Positions 12,799-24,600 of a stretch of 64,000 nt of DNA are shown piece by piece (position 1 is the stretch's first letter; each line of letters begins with the position of its first letter). The stretch is from assembly GCA_030141605.1 (NCBI GenBank), contig JAQGDQ010000872.1, positions 22,253 through 86,252 on the forward strand. The letters are read 5' to 3'. The position numbers were made by a program, and so were the translations under genes. Source of the DNA: Tubiluchus corallicola. Its lineage: Eukaryota > Animalia > Priapulida. The notes beneath the pieces were generated by a model. It made no database searches, had not been told where the DNA came from, and worked only from the letters and a program-made list of their open reading frames with translations.

Positions 12799-12930
12799 CC
12801 GTTTAATGGAAAGAACAACTCATTCAGTATGTGAGGTTTATTCCGTTTAAAGTAAAGAACAGCTCATGCAGTATGTGAGGTTTATTCCGTTTAATGGAAA
12901 GAACAACTCACTCAGTATGTGAGGTCTATT
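12799..12930. repeat. ~44-bp tandem repeat x3
   Basis: CCGTTTAATGGAAAGAACAACTCATTCAGTATGTGAGGTTTATT repeated. Confidence 0.85.
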
Positions 12931-13400
12931 TTACTGTTACCACTTAAACTTAGAAAAATATGACAAAGAAATTAGCAAAGAATTGCCTATAAAGCATAAA
13001 TTTAAAATATGCGACTTCTGAATAGAAATTTTCAGTCGCCATAGTTGCCCCCATTCACTTGAAAATCAAGGAAAAACTGGGAGGAAGAATCCGTATGCAA
13101 GCCCTATTGTTCGCCATTGTTGCAAAAACATGTAACACCTAATTAACATGCTAGCCCCACTGTGCCAGGTGTTAAACAAATTAGCTTCATGCTACAAATT
13201 GATGAGTTCTCCTATGCAAATTGTACCGCTTAGAATGAGCAGACTCAATTACTAACATGAAAACATTCTGTGTTATTGTTTAATGTATGCCGCTCTCATC
13301 CACGGTACATAATGCAACAACTCAGTGTTCAGTACTGTCAGCCGCTGCAAGAGCCACCTGGTGGTGGATGGATGAACCCTGCCTTTGTCATTAGTTAACT

Positions 13401-15257
13401 GATTAGTGGCCAGACTAAACTTGTGTTGCTTTTGTGAAAACTTCATAACAGTGTTGCTGAGTGGTTAGTGGCCAGACTCAACTTGTGTTGCTTTTGTGAG
13501 AATTCCATAACATTGTTGCTCAGTGATTAGTGGCCAGACTCAACTTGTGTTGCTTTCGTGAAAACTTCATAACATTGTTGCTCAGTGGTTAGTGGCCAGA
13601 CTCAACTTGTGTTGCTTTTGTGAAAACTTCATAACAGTGTTGCTCAGTGGTTAGTGGCCAGACTCAACTTGTGTTGCTTTTGTGAAAACTTCATAACAGT
13701 GTTGCTGAGTGGTTAGTGGCCAGACTCAACTTGTGTTGCTTTTGTGCAAACTCCATAACAGTGTTGCTCAGTGGTTAGTGGCCAGACTCAACTTGTGTTG
13801 CTTTTGTGAAAACTTCATAACAGTGTTGCTGAGTGGTTAGTGGCCAGACTCAACTTGTGTTGCTTTTGTGAGAACTTCATAACAGTGTTGCTCAGTGGTT
13901 AGTGGCCAGACTCAACTTGTGTTGCTTTCGTGAAAACTTCATAACATTGTTGCTCAGTGGCTAGTGGCCAGACTCAACTTGTGTTGCTTTCGTGAAAACT
14001 TCATAACAGTGTTGCTCAGTGGTTAGTGGCCAGACTCAACTTGTGTTGCTTTTGTGAAAACTTCATAACAGTGTTGCTCAGTGGCTAGTGGCCAGACTCA
14101 ACTAATGTTGCTTTTGTGAAAACTTCATAACAGTGTTGCTCAGTGGTTAGTGGCCAGACTCAACTTGTGTTGCTTTTGTGAAAACTCCATAACAGTGTTG
14201 CTGAGTGGTTAGTGGCCAGACTCAACTTGTGTTGCTTTTGTGAAAACTTCATAACAGTGTTGCTCAGTGGTTAGTGGCCAGACTCAACTTGTGTTGCTTT
14301 TGTGAAAACTTCATAACAGTGTTGCTCAGTGGTTAGTGGCCAGACTCAACTTGTGTTGCTTTTGTGAAAACTTCATAACAGTGTTGCTCAGTGGTTAGTG
14401 GCCAGACTCAACTTGTGTTGCTTTTGTGAAAACTTCATAACAGTGTTGCTCAGTGGTTAGTGGCCAGACTCAACTTGTGTTGCTTTTGTGAAAACTTCAT
14501 AACAGTGTTGCTCAGTGGTTAGTGGCCAGACTCAACTTGTGTTGCTTATGTGAAAACTCCATAACATTGTTGCTCAGTGGTTAGTGGCCAGACTCAACTT
14601 GTGTTGCTTTTGTGAAAACTTCATAACATTGTTGCTCAGTGGCTAGTGGCCAGACTCAACTTGTGTTGCTTTTGTGAAAACTCCATAACAGTGTTGCTGA
14701 GTGGTTAGTGGCCAGACTCAACTTGTGTTGCTTTTGTGAAAACTTCATAACAGTGTTGCTCAGTGGTTAGTGGTCAGACTCAACTTGCGTTGCTTTTGTG
14801 AAAACTTCATAACAGTGTTGCTCAGTGGTTAGTGGCCAGACTCAACTTGTGTTGCTTTTGTGAAAACTTCATAACATTGTTGCTCAGTGATTAGTGGCCA
14901 GACTCAACTTGTGTTGCTTTTGTGAAAACTTCATAACATTGTTGCTCAGTGGTTAGTGGCCAGACTCAACTTGTGTTGCTTTTGTGAAAACTTCATAACA
15001 TTGTTGCTCAGTGATTAGTGGCCAGACTCAACTTGTGTTGCTTTTGTGAGAATTCCATAACATTGTTGCTCAGTGATTAGTGGCCAGACTCAACTTGTGT
15101 TGCTTTTGTGAGAATTCCATAACATTGTTGCTCAGTGATTAGTGGCCAGACTCAACTTGTGTTGCTTTTGTGAGAATTCCATAACAATGTTGCTCAGTGA
15201 TTAGTGACCAGACTCAACTTGTGTTGCTTTTGTGAAAACTTCACAACATTGTTGCTC
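13401..15257. repeat. 62-bp minisatellite, ~30 units
   Basis: Unit GTGGTTAGTGGCCAGACTCAACTTGTGTTGCTTTTGTGAAAACTTCATAACAGTGTTGCTCA. Confidence 0.97.
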
Positions 15258-16366
15258 GCAGAAAGCGAATGAGATATTACCGAGGCTAATGTTGGTTATG
15301 GCCTGAAGCTAAATGCTTCGGGACAGAAAAGACTGAAAACAGTGAAATTAAACGTAAAGATGGCAAGATGACTGACCACATAGGAATTGTACTTCTGCTA
15401 TATGGGAAGTGAGATCGCAAGATAAAGAAGGATGACAGGTGCAATAAGGAATAAAATGCAGAACTGGGAAAACAAGGACCCAGTTTATAATGCTAAAATT
15501 TCTTTCGAATCCAAAAATTTGCATAAATACCAGGAAAAGGATGGGACACTATAAAAGAAATTTCTGGAAGGAACAAATCAAAGAAAGAATAGCTAGAGAA
15601 AGACAGTGAAGACATAGATGATATCAATGACTGGACAATGATCAAGAAAAAGAATGCTATCATCAGAAAGAGTGAACACAAAGAAAAATTGCATAAGAAC
15701 TAGCCACCAAGCAAGATATAAAAATAAGATAATAAAAGACTAATAAATAAAACTAAAAAACATGGATGCCTTGTCACTGTCGCTACTTTTGTTACAGTAC
15801 CGGTGCCGTAACAAAATTACGGTACTTTGCCAAATAATAATCCTCAGCTTAATATCTGTAACAAAAGGCAGTTTCTACGGTGACAGAGTTCAAGTTGTTT
15901 TTATATTAAACAATGTACACAACTCACCTTTATCTCACCTTTGCAGCTACCCCAATTATGTTGGTTATTTTTGAGACTTTAGTTTTGGTAGCCATTGTGT
16001 AAGGAACACGAAAAATTGGTGAGGTTCATAACCATTACTACTACTAGTACTACACTTAATCGCTATCTTGACTTAATTACTTAACCTGTAATTTCTTTCG
16101 ACGGTAACAGAGAAAACTTAACCGTAATCTAAGTACTTAGTCTTAATTAATCGTAACTTAGTACATTCATTCTAAACAATAAATTTAAAATCATAACAAG
16201 TAATACTGTTAACAACGCCGACGACGTAAAAAATGAGGCGTGTAATCGTAACGTACCCCGCACCGGTCTGCTTTAACCGCAACGCTAGGATACACCAAAT
16301 TTCTAACGCAGGAACTGCACAAAAAGCAAATAATGTTGTTTCCGCATCAGAAATACTTTTACTTAC

Positions 16367-16482
16367 CCGTAGATAATGGCAATAAGATGAATAGTAAAAG
16401 ACAACAACCACACTATAGTGAAAAAAGTCGAAAACCAAAAAGTAAAATTTGAATATACATCACGTAAAACGTAAGCAGCCAT
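16367..16482 (-). CDS. UGCG: Probable first coding exon of ceramide glucosyltransferase (UGCG/GlcT)
   Basis: gaaATGG start; MAAYVLRDVYSNFTFWFSTFFTIVWLLSFTIHLIAIIYG resembles the N-terminal signal-anchor of UGCG (recalled fly FFMIFWLGTWMVHLIAICYG, human VLWLMHFMAIIYT); ends at a perfect GTAAGT donor in phase 2; CpG-richer surroundings. Confidence 0.7.
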
Positions 16483-16799
16483 TTCCACAGAATAAACGAT
16501 ATAAATGAGATTTTTCCAAAGCCGTGCACCAAAGCATATGTTCTGTACGAATGATTGTGCACAACTGCCGCCCACAACTTAGGCACTTGTCTTAAGTTGT
16601 CTGCAGCTTGACCCGAGTGGCCGCTGCCTCTGCTGTCAAAGAAAAAACAATAATGATGGTCCTGCCCTAGGATTGCACGATCTCTTTCTTTTATAATTTA
16701 AAATTTACCGCAGTGAAGACATGACTTCTAGTTAGTTGTGTATTGAATATCATGTTCTGGTCACAGTTGACAGGGTTGTTCCGATCACGATGAGACTCC

Positions 16800-18140
16800 A
16801 ATGACAGTTTAAATCACACACTACTATTAGATAATTTGAAAGAACTTGGATTTGAACTATCAGCATTAAAATTAATTAATGATTACCTTCAAAATAGAAA
16901 GCAGCGGGTTAAAATAAACTCTACAACATTCTCAGATTGGTCTAACCTTCAACGAGGTATCCCGCAGGGCACACTGTTGGGACCTCTACTGTGTAACCTT
17001 TACATCAACAATATTTCTAACGTTCTACAACATTAAAATATTATGCAATATGCAGACGAGACTATTTATCTGGCTCACGAGAATATCAGCATTGCAAAAC
17101 AGTACTTAGAAAAAGACATAAAGAATATCAGCATGGCATTTAATTATTATAAGCTAAAAATGAATAGTGACAAAACAGAATTTATGGTATTATCTCCAAC
17201 AATTAACAATACTGAAAATACAGCTGCTATATCCTTGCAAATAGTAAATGATGTTATCATGCAGTCAAAAGTTGTTAATTTCTTAGGCACTAATTTGGAC
17301 AACATGCTAACATTGGAAGAGCAGTTCATCAACATTTATAAAAAAATGGCATTAAGTACTTCGTACCTTCGACAAATCAGAGGACAGCTATCAAAACAAA
17401 CAAAAATTCTAATTTTCAAAACTTTAATTCTGCCCCATTATTTATATGCCTGCATACTGTACCAAAAAGTGAAAAGACAGTCGTACATCAAATTAATTGT
17501 ACTTTAAAACTGTGCTTTACGATTAGTTAATGGCCATTCTTTGAAATCATCTCACAATGCATGTAAATATTCTGCCACCTCTTTAAGAAACTCCACGAAA
17601 ATCCCGATATTAGAAGCCCACAGAGATTATCAAATTCTCCTGTTTCTCTATAAATATATCAACAATATTAATTCTCCTTTCAAAAACAATAAGTTCCCAC
17701 TTCTTAAAAACCCCAGTATGAATAACAGAACACTAAAGTTAAGAAACATTAGAACGAACAATCAATATAGAAAGAATTCCATTACTAAGCAAGCAATACA
17801 ACTTTGGAATTCATTACCGACATCACTAAAACACAGTAGCTCTTTATCAATATTCAAGTCTAAATTGAAAAAACAAACATTTAATGACTCGTTTTGAATA
17901 TCCGACATATGAAGACGATGATATTTACTCAAATCATAATTTCATTTTTCCTAGACCTTACTAAACTAGTTTATATTTTATTTTTGAATTTCTAGTTGCA
18001 CTTATAGTTTAGCTTGCACTAGATGCACTTGCCCAGAACAGTGTATTTTTTTATTTGAACTAACACTGATTGTCTCTCTTTTATTATGATGGTCAATGTT
18101 TTTAAAATGGCAAATAAAGTTTTTACTAATACTACTACTA
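16800..18140 (+). mobile_element. 5'-truncated CR1/L2-group LINE (degraded reverse transcriptase)
   Basis: YLQNRKQRV, GIPQGTLLGPLL, QYADET, FLGT.LD, LWNSLP motifs across ORFs 16836-17897 with stops/frameshifts; AATAAA and (TAC)n tail. Confidence 0.9.
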
Positions 18141-18301
18141 CGAAAAAACTGATCCGAACCGATACAGATTGCCGATTTCTGCTAAATCCGATCCGAACCG
18201 ATACAGATTACCGATTCCTGCCAAAACCGATAACCGAAATGATACCGATTTTTTTATTTTTTTGAAACTGATACCGAAACCGATCTATTGGAACAACACT
18301 G
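18140..18301. mobile_element. hAT-like MITE end with CCGAT subterminal repeats; the other end at ~16770 is separated by the LINE
   Basis: CAGGGTTGTTCCGAT (16770) versus ATTGGAACAACACTG (18287-18301); no matching TSD. Confidence 0.5.
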
Positions 18302-18620
18302 GCTGGCCGTTTAACTAAAACAGAATTGGATGAATTAATTAGAAAGCAAAAATTTTATGTGGTTCAATAATGTCAAAAACGAGAAATAATTATAATCATA
18401 ATTAATGACGAGCGAACAGCAAAGATAAAGTGGTGTAAAAGATTTTGGTGTAATTTTGACAAGTTGATCGTGCCTCTGATCTCGCAAACAAACACTTTTT
18501 ATTAATGTCTGTTTGATATCCACGGTATGGCGCGTAAAGTAGCTCCCATAAAATGATAACTTTTCCTTTGGACTGTGGCAAAGAGTCTGCATATTGCATA
18601 CATCCACCCCATCAGCCATC

Positions 18621-21600
18621 ATGGTTGTAACTACAAGTGTGAGACGAATTTTTGCTAATAATTGACATCGATGGCGTAGATTCTGTCGTATCATTAATTG
18701 TTTTAGTGACTTCTTTCATTCCACTAAATCTATTTGATTTTTTATGGTATGTATTCTACGTTAATAATCACGTTGTTTATATAATCTACCACATCGCTTG
18801 AAGTGTAAGGTATAAATATAATCTATTCTAGAATTAAGAGTTACCACGACTAATTTGTTGATGTTCGCAGATCTTTCCAATCTGTTTCAACAGTCGATTA
18901 GAATATACAAGATATATACTTATAGATAAAAATATTTTCACCCAAATTGCAATGCAATACAGCTGAGCCCATAAAAAGGCAATATTGCAACTTTTAATAG
19001 AGGAAAATGTACTACTATAATAATAATAAAACTCCTAAAATAACAAACTCTGTCTTTGTTACTTGTATATGGTTCAGCTATAGAGCTAAAGGAAAGGTCA
19101 AGTCGCTTAGCACGTTGGGTTTATTCTACTGTTATCACTTCAACTTAGAAAAATGTAAGAAATTTGCAAAAAACTATATATAAAGTATAAAGTTAATTTA
19201 TACAAACTATTTGCTGAAAAGAGATTTTTGTGTGTGGTGGTAGCTACCATTCTCTTGGAAAATATGGTGGTCTTTGTGACTTTTTGTAAGGCCATTGTGA
19301 CTTTCGTAAACATACACTGCTTAAACTAATTCAAACTTCTTAGGCTTACCTAATGCTCGTGCAAAAACATCACATAATTAGCTATCTAATTTTTTGTAAA
19401 AACTTTTTGTACTTTTGGCAGCGATTCAAAGTGTGCTTCTTTTATTCTGCTGGTGCATGATGCGATTGGTGAATAGGCATTCAATATGGGAGTGCCAAAG
19501 CTTGAAATGATCACGATAGTAAAGTGTTTTTGTTAATTTTGAGAGGCACTTATCACACTTTTATTACTAAACTCTTCTATCATTTTCTGCAAACATCGAA
19601 ATAAGCCAAACTTCCCAGAAAGCTTGGCCTTTCCTTTAAAGACTAAAATAACTCAACTAACATTAAAGGCTAAGTTAAACATCAAGTTGTTTTTTGATAA
19701 TTCAGGAGCAGACACCGAGATTTTATATCGGTGTTGATGTGGGTACCGCTAGTGTACGAGCAGGCCTGTTTGATGGTAACGGTAACTTGGTGCACCTATC
19801 AACAAGAGAAGTAAAGGTGCATGAGCCAGCACCAGACAGGTTTGAACAGTCATCAGCAGACATATGGGAATGCACTTGTACAGTAGTAAAAGTGAGTAGT
19901 TTTCGTGCCTTTGAACTCACCTTTGTAGGTAATGAATTCCTATAGAATAAGCATTCTTACCTACTAATATTACCTTTTAAAGCAGAACAGCGAGATTTTT
20001 CATATCCTATCGTATTTTGAAGTACGGTAAAACGTATACATTTTTACACATATTATAATAATGCCAAGGCATGTATGATAATTAGATAATAAATTAAAAA
20101 CTTAACTAACGACTGGCAAGCCCAGCTAGTGATAACATCACAAACGAACAATTTTCAGCAGTAAAAACATTCCACGAGTGTGTTGCATGTGTTTGCGAAA
20201 GTGAAAATTGAAGTACAATGCTACTATACAATATTCAGTGCAATACACGAAAACTCGGCAAATTTTAAGATAAAAATCGATTTTAAATTTACCACCATGC
20301 TCACGCATGAGCTCTGGAATGTGTGTATTATGTCACAAAAGAAACAAGTCTGAACTGAGAGGTACAGCACCTGTTTTTTATGCAACACATTTCTGGAATG
20401 CGGGCGCTAGTGCCCATCTAACTAATGAATAGCGAAATGCATGTAGCAGTGAAGAACTAGCTGCGGGAATGTGAAATTGTGTTTGTGTGGTAATAACTCT
20501 TTCAGTCTTTAAAAAATAGTATCCTCCCTTTCAATATTTTAAATAGTGGACTGTTTTGACCTATAGTTTAGGATTGGGTCTAGTTTTCCTGTAAATTGAA
20601 TAATAAACTGGCTTTGTTTGGAATGATTTTTACCTAACAAAAAGCAGACTTGTGCAGCACGAATACATGTACCTGCACACTTTTAAACATACTAAAATAT
20701 TTTTATTTTGTTGTTTGTTTAGGAATTAACTGAAAATGTTAGCGACAAAAGCAGAGTGCGTGGCATTGGGTTTGATGCAACGTGTTCCATGGTGGTCCTG
20801 GATGAGAAATTTCATCCCGTGTCTGTTACTCCTTCAGGTTTGTGTAGATGTTCATTGCTATGTGATGTGTAAATTTCAAATAGTCATTAGTAAAACTTCT
20901 GCACAAGTCATACTTAAATTAAATTAAAGGAAGACAGGATGATTTTCCATATACTGCCCCCTTTTCAAGTCCCATAAAAAGTATACGTTTTAAAACGATT
21001 AATACGGCAAAAGCGTTCCTGATAATTAAATTACAGATTAAAAACTTAACTAACAGTGGAAGAGATTCAGTGTATTGTACTAAATCTAGACAAGTTTTAA
21101 GATAAAAATTAAAATTCAAATTTACTGCTGTGCTCATGCATGAGCTGTCGAATGTGTGTTAGTAGAAACTAACACGTCTGAACTGAGAGGTACAGCACCT
21201 GTTTTTTGTGCACCGCATTGCCGCTAGAGTGTGGCAAAATTGTTATTTTTGTTTAGCAAAGTACTGTAGTTGTTAATTGAACATTTAGTCGTTTGTCATT
21301 GGCAGTATTGCCTGTTTATGTTTTTACTCTTGCTAAACTGTTTAACACAAAATTGCTAAAGAGTCCTACTAGGCGGCAGCACTCCACATCCCATTTTGTT
21401 ATCAAGAATAATCTTCTTTGACAAGACATGGCATCTTAGCCGTATTCAACGTCTGTGCATCATTCTCAGTAAGGTAAATATCCACGAATGGTTGAAATCA
21501 CCTAAAACGGGTTTTGAACTGGCACCTTTTGTCTCTAGGCACGCTTAGAAACCACTTGACTATTTTACTTTCCTCTGTCATGACTTGTAAATCTTTTTGT

Positions 21601-24600
21601 TCTTGTTTCATTACTAGTAAGAATGCAATTTCCTTTTTCGTGCTTTTACTATATATGAATTGTGTTACAATTTTGTATTATAAAAATTTTAAAGGAAAAT
21701 CATGTCTAATCTTTAGCACAATTCAATCTAATCTATAAAATATTGAACGGGAATAGACTATTTTTTCAAGAATGAATTGCGTGAAAGAATTATTGCCAGA
21801 GAATAGTAATTTCATGGTCGCCTGGCTAGTGCTTCGGGCATCAGCGCCTGCATCTTGGAAATGCGTTGTACAAAAAGCTGGTCTTGTACCTCTCCTTTCA
21901 AAGGTGTTCAGTTGTGATATAGTAGTGCACACTTTCCAGAAATCTGTAAATTTAAAACTTTTAAATTTTAAATTTTTCGAGTTTTTGTATATCACACTAA
22001 ATGTTATACAGTGGCACTGTACTTCAATTTGCACTTTCACAAGCACTTGCAACACTTTCGTGGAATATTTTTGCTTTTAAAAATTATGTTAGTTTGTGGT
22101 GTTATCAATCAAAGTTGGTTTCACCCGCGTTAATTAAGTTTTTAATTTCTAATTTAATTATCTTAAACTGTTTTGCAGCATTAATTGTGTTAAAATGTAT
22201 ACTTGTTACTGGACTTGAGAATGGGGTAGTATATGAAAAACCATCATGTCTTCCCTTAACTATGTCTCTTCCTTATTCTTCTCTTCTCTCATCATCTTCA
22301 TTCTTCATTCTTTGTTTCACTTTTCATGGCGGCTTAACAAGGTCCCCTTTATAGCCACCATGCAGCAAATTTCTCCATGCAATTTCCCCAAATAACTACC
22401 ATGCAGCGCGTTCGTGGAAAATTTGTGCTGTTGAAAATTATGTTCATAGGTGATGTCATCTCTAGTTGGGCTCGTCGACATTAATTAAGTTCTTAACTTA
22501 TTGTTTAATTACCAGAAATATTTTGGCATATAAGTGTTAAAACTAGATGTATACTTTTTACCGCGCATCAAAATTGGTTAGAAAATGAAAAATCATCCTG
22601 TTTTCCTTTAAAACTAGGAAGCGATGAATGGAACGTTATCATGTGGATGGATCATCGAGCTAAAGAACAAGCTGATCAAATCAACAGCACTCATCACAAA
22701 GCTCTGAATTTCTATGGTGGAAAAATATTCCTTGAACACGAACCGCCAAAACTTTTGTGGTTGAAACAGAATTTAAACGAATCCACTTGGAATCGTGCCA
22801 AACATTTCTTTGATCTACCTGATTTCCTCACTTTCAAAGCAACTGGCTCATTATCCAGGTAGGACTTATAGTCTATATTACAATAGTGGGGCCAGTTTAT
22901 TGATTTATTTGATTGTACAATCATATCTCGATTTGACTCGAAAGAATACATACACTGATCGGTAGAATCGGACAAAAACTGGACCGTTAAAAGTCTCACA
23001 TACTGAGGACACAGTCTGTTGTTTCTCGAGCTGACCGCTAGCTGGCAGGCTGTTACATCATTACATCAGTGTAACCACGTGTATATCTCTATGTATAAAA
23101 ATATATAGAATCAATTGCGCGGAGTTATTTGAGTCAATGTCGACAGTTTTTATATACTTTTGCATAGGAGCGGCCAGTACTAGACATTTTTGAGGCAATT
23201 AGCCGATTGATTCTACATTACTTTGAGCCTAATACATGTCTCCTACCGTATTTGCTTAGTATTGGTAAATATGGGCAATCGGCAAATTTGGACCGACGTC
23301 TCCCCGCTTTTGTCCAGCAAACCGAGATGTGAGTGTAACCGAATTGTGTTTTTGTTTCTTATCATTGGTTAATTTGTTTCAACAGTCGATGCAAATTGAT
23401 TGTTTTACCAATACCGTTTTCATTTATTTCTTCAAAAATCGACAAAAATTGTGTGACAGATACAGCTATCATTGCTGTTGAACCAAGTGATATAGTGCTG
23501 TCTTTCATCAGTAACTTAGAGGTGCATGGTGTCTCAAGAGCAAGAATGTAGGTTTTCGTGTATGCCTGAACGCAGGGATGAGAATTTTCCGCGGATGCTC
23601 GGAATTCCAAGTTTTTGGACGACCAGTAGTGCCATTTTTGTAAATCGCGTAAATTCTTTGAGAAAATTTTTACGGACCCAGTACATTATTTCACAAGCTG
23701 ACCGCTAGTTGGCAGGCCGGTAGTTTGTTTACATCACGTACATCAGTATAACCACGTGTATATCTCTATGTATAAAAATATAGAATCAATTGTGCGGAGT
23801 TATTTGAGTCAATTGCAGACAGTTTTTATATACTTTTGCATAGGAGTAGCCAGTACTTAGGCATTTTTTAGACAATTAGGTACCATGTATCCTTGATAGT
23901 TGGGTATTTTAAATTATGCATGAAACAAGGTAACTGATATTTTAAGTCCACTTAGAGGTTCTCTATGGTCACAAAATTGCAATTTGTTGCTGGCTCCGAG
24001 GGGGCTTTGCCTCTCAACCCCATTGAGGGCCTAGGCGGCCCCAAAACCCCCAGCCTGTTTCAGAGTTTTTTGCAATTTGTCATTCTCATCCCTGCTGATC
24101 GCTATTATGATCATTTATTAAATTGGTCTGGTGTCCGTTTATTATGCAACTCATGACGGACCCCTACTGTTTTGTACAACCTTTTTTGATATTTTTTTTA
24201 ATTAATTTTTTATGTTTTAATTTATGCCTGAATTTTGCTAGGTCATTCTGCTCTCTATCAAGTAAATGGGCATATCAGCTTGATCCACAAGAGCACAGAG
24301 GTTATTGGGACGATACATTCTGGACCGAGATTGGTCTTGAAGAAATGGTACAATCTTATTCTAAGCTAGGTAAAAAAAGTCGCATTTAGCATCATGATGA
24401 AATTTTACAACTCTTGTCGCGTTTTCTTTATGCTGTTTTGTTTTTATTTATGATTATTGATTACATTAGAATTGGTAATTATGTTTATTATAATTGTACT
24501 CGCTGTTTTTCATTGTGTATATTGTGTGTAAATTTTTGTTACTAAGTATTAAAATATGTTCGTTATATTTTATTATATATGTATGTAGTAAAGGATTATA

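Noticed and set aside
13401-15257. CRISPR-like appearance of the regular arrays (also 26.1-31.1 kb and 41.7-43.2 kb)
   Set aside because: Units are repeated end to end with no unique spacers, there are no cas genes, and the context is eukaryotic introns
15928-16010. Minus-strand donor-like sites with a short upstream ATG frame (MATKTKVSK...)
   Set aside because: No recognisable homology; could be a UTR exon but unsupported
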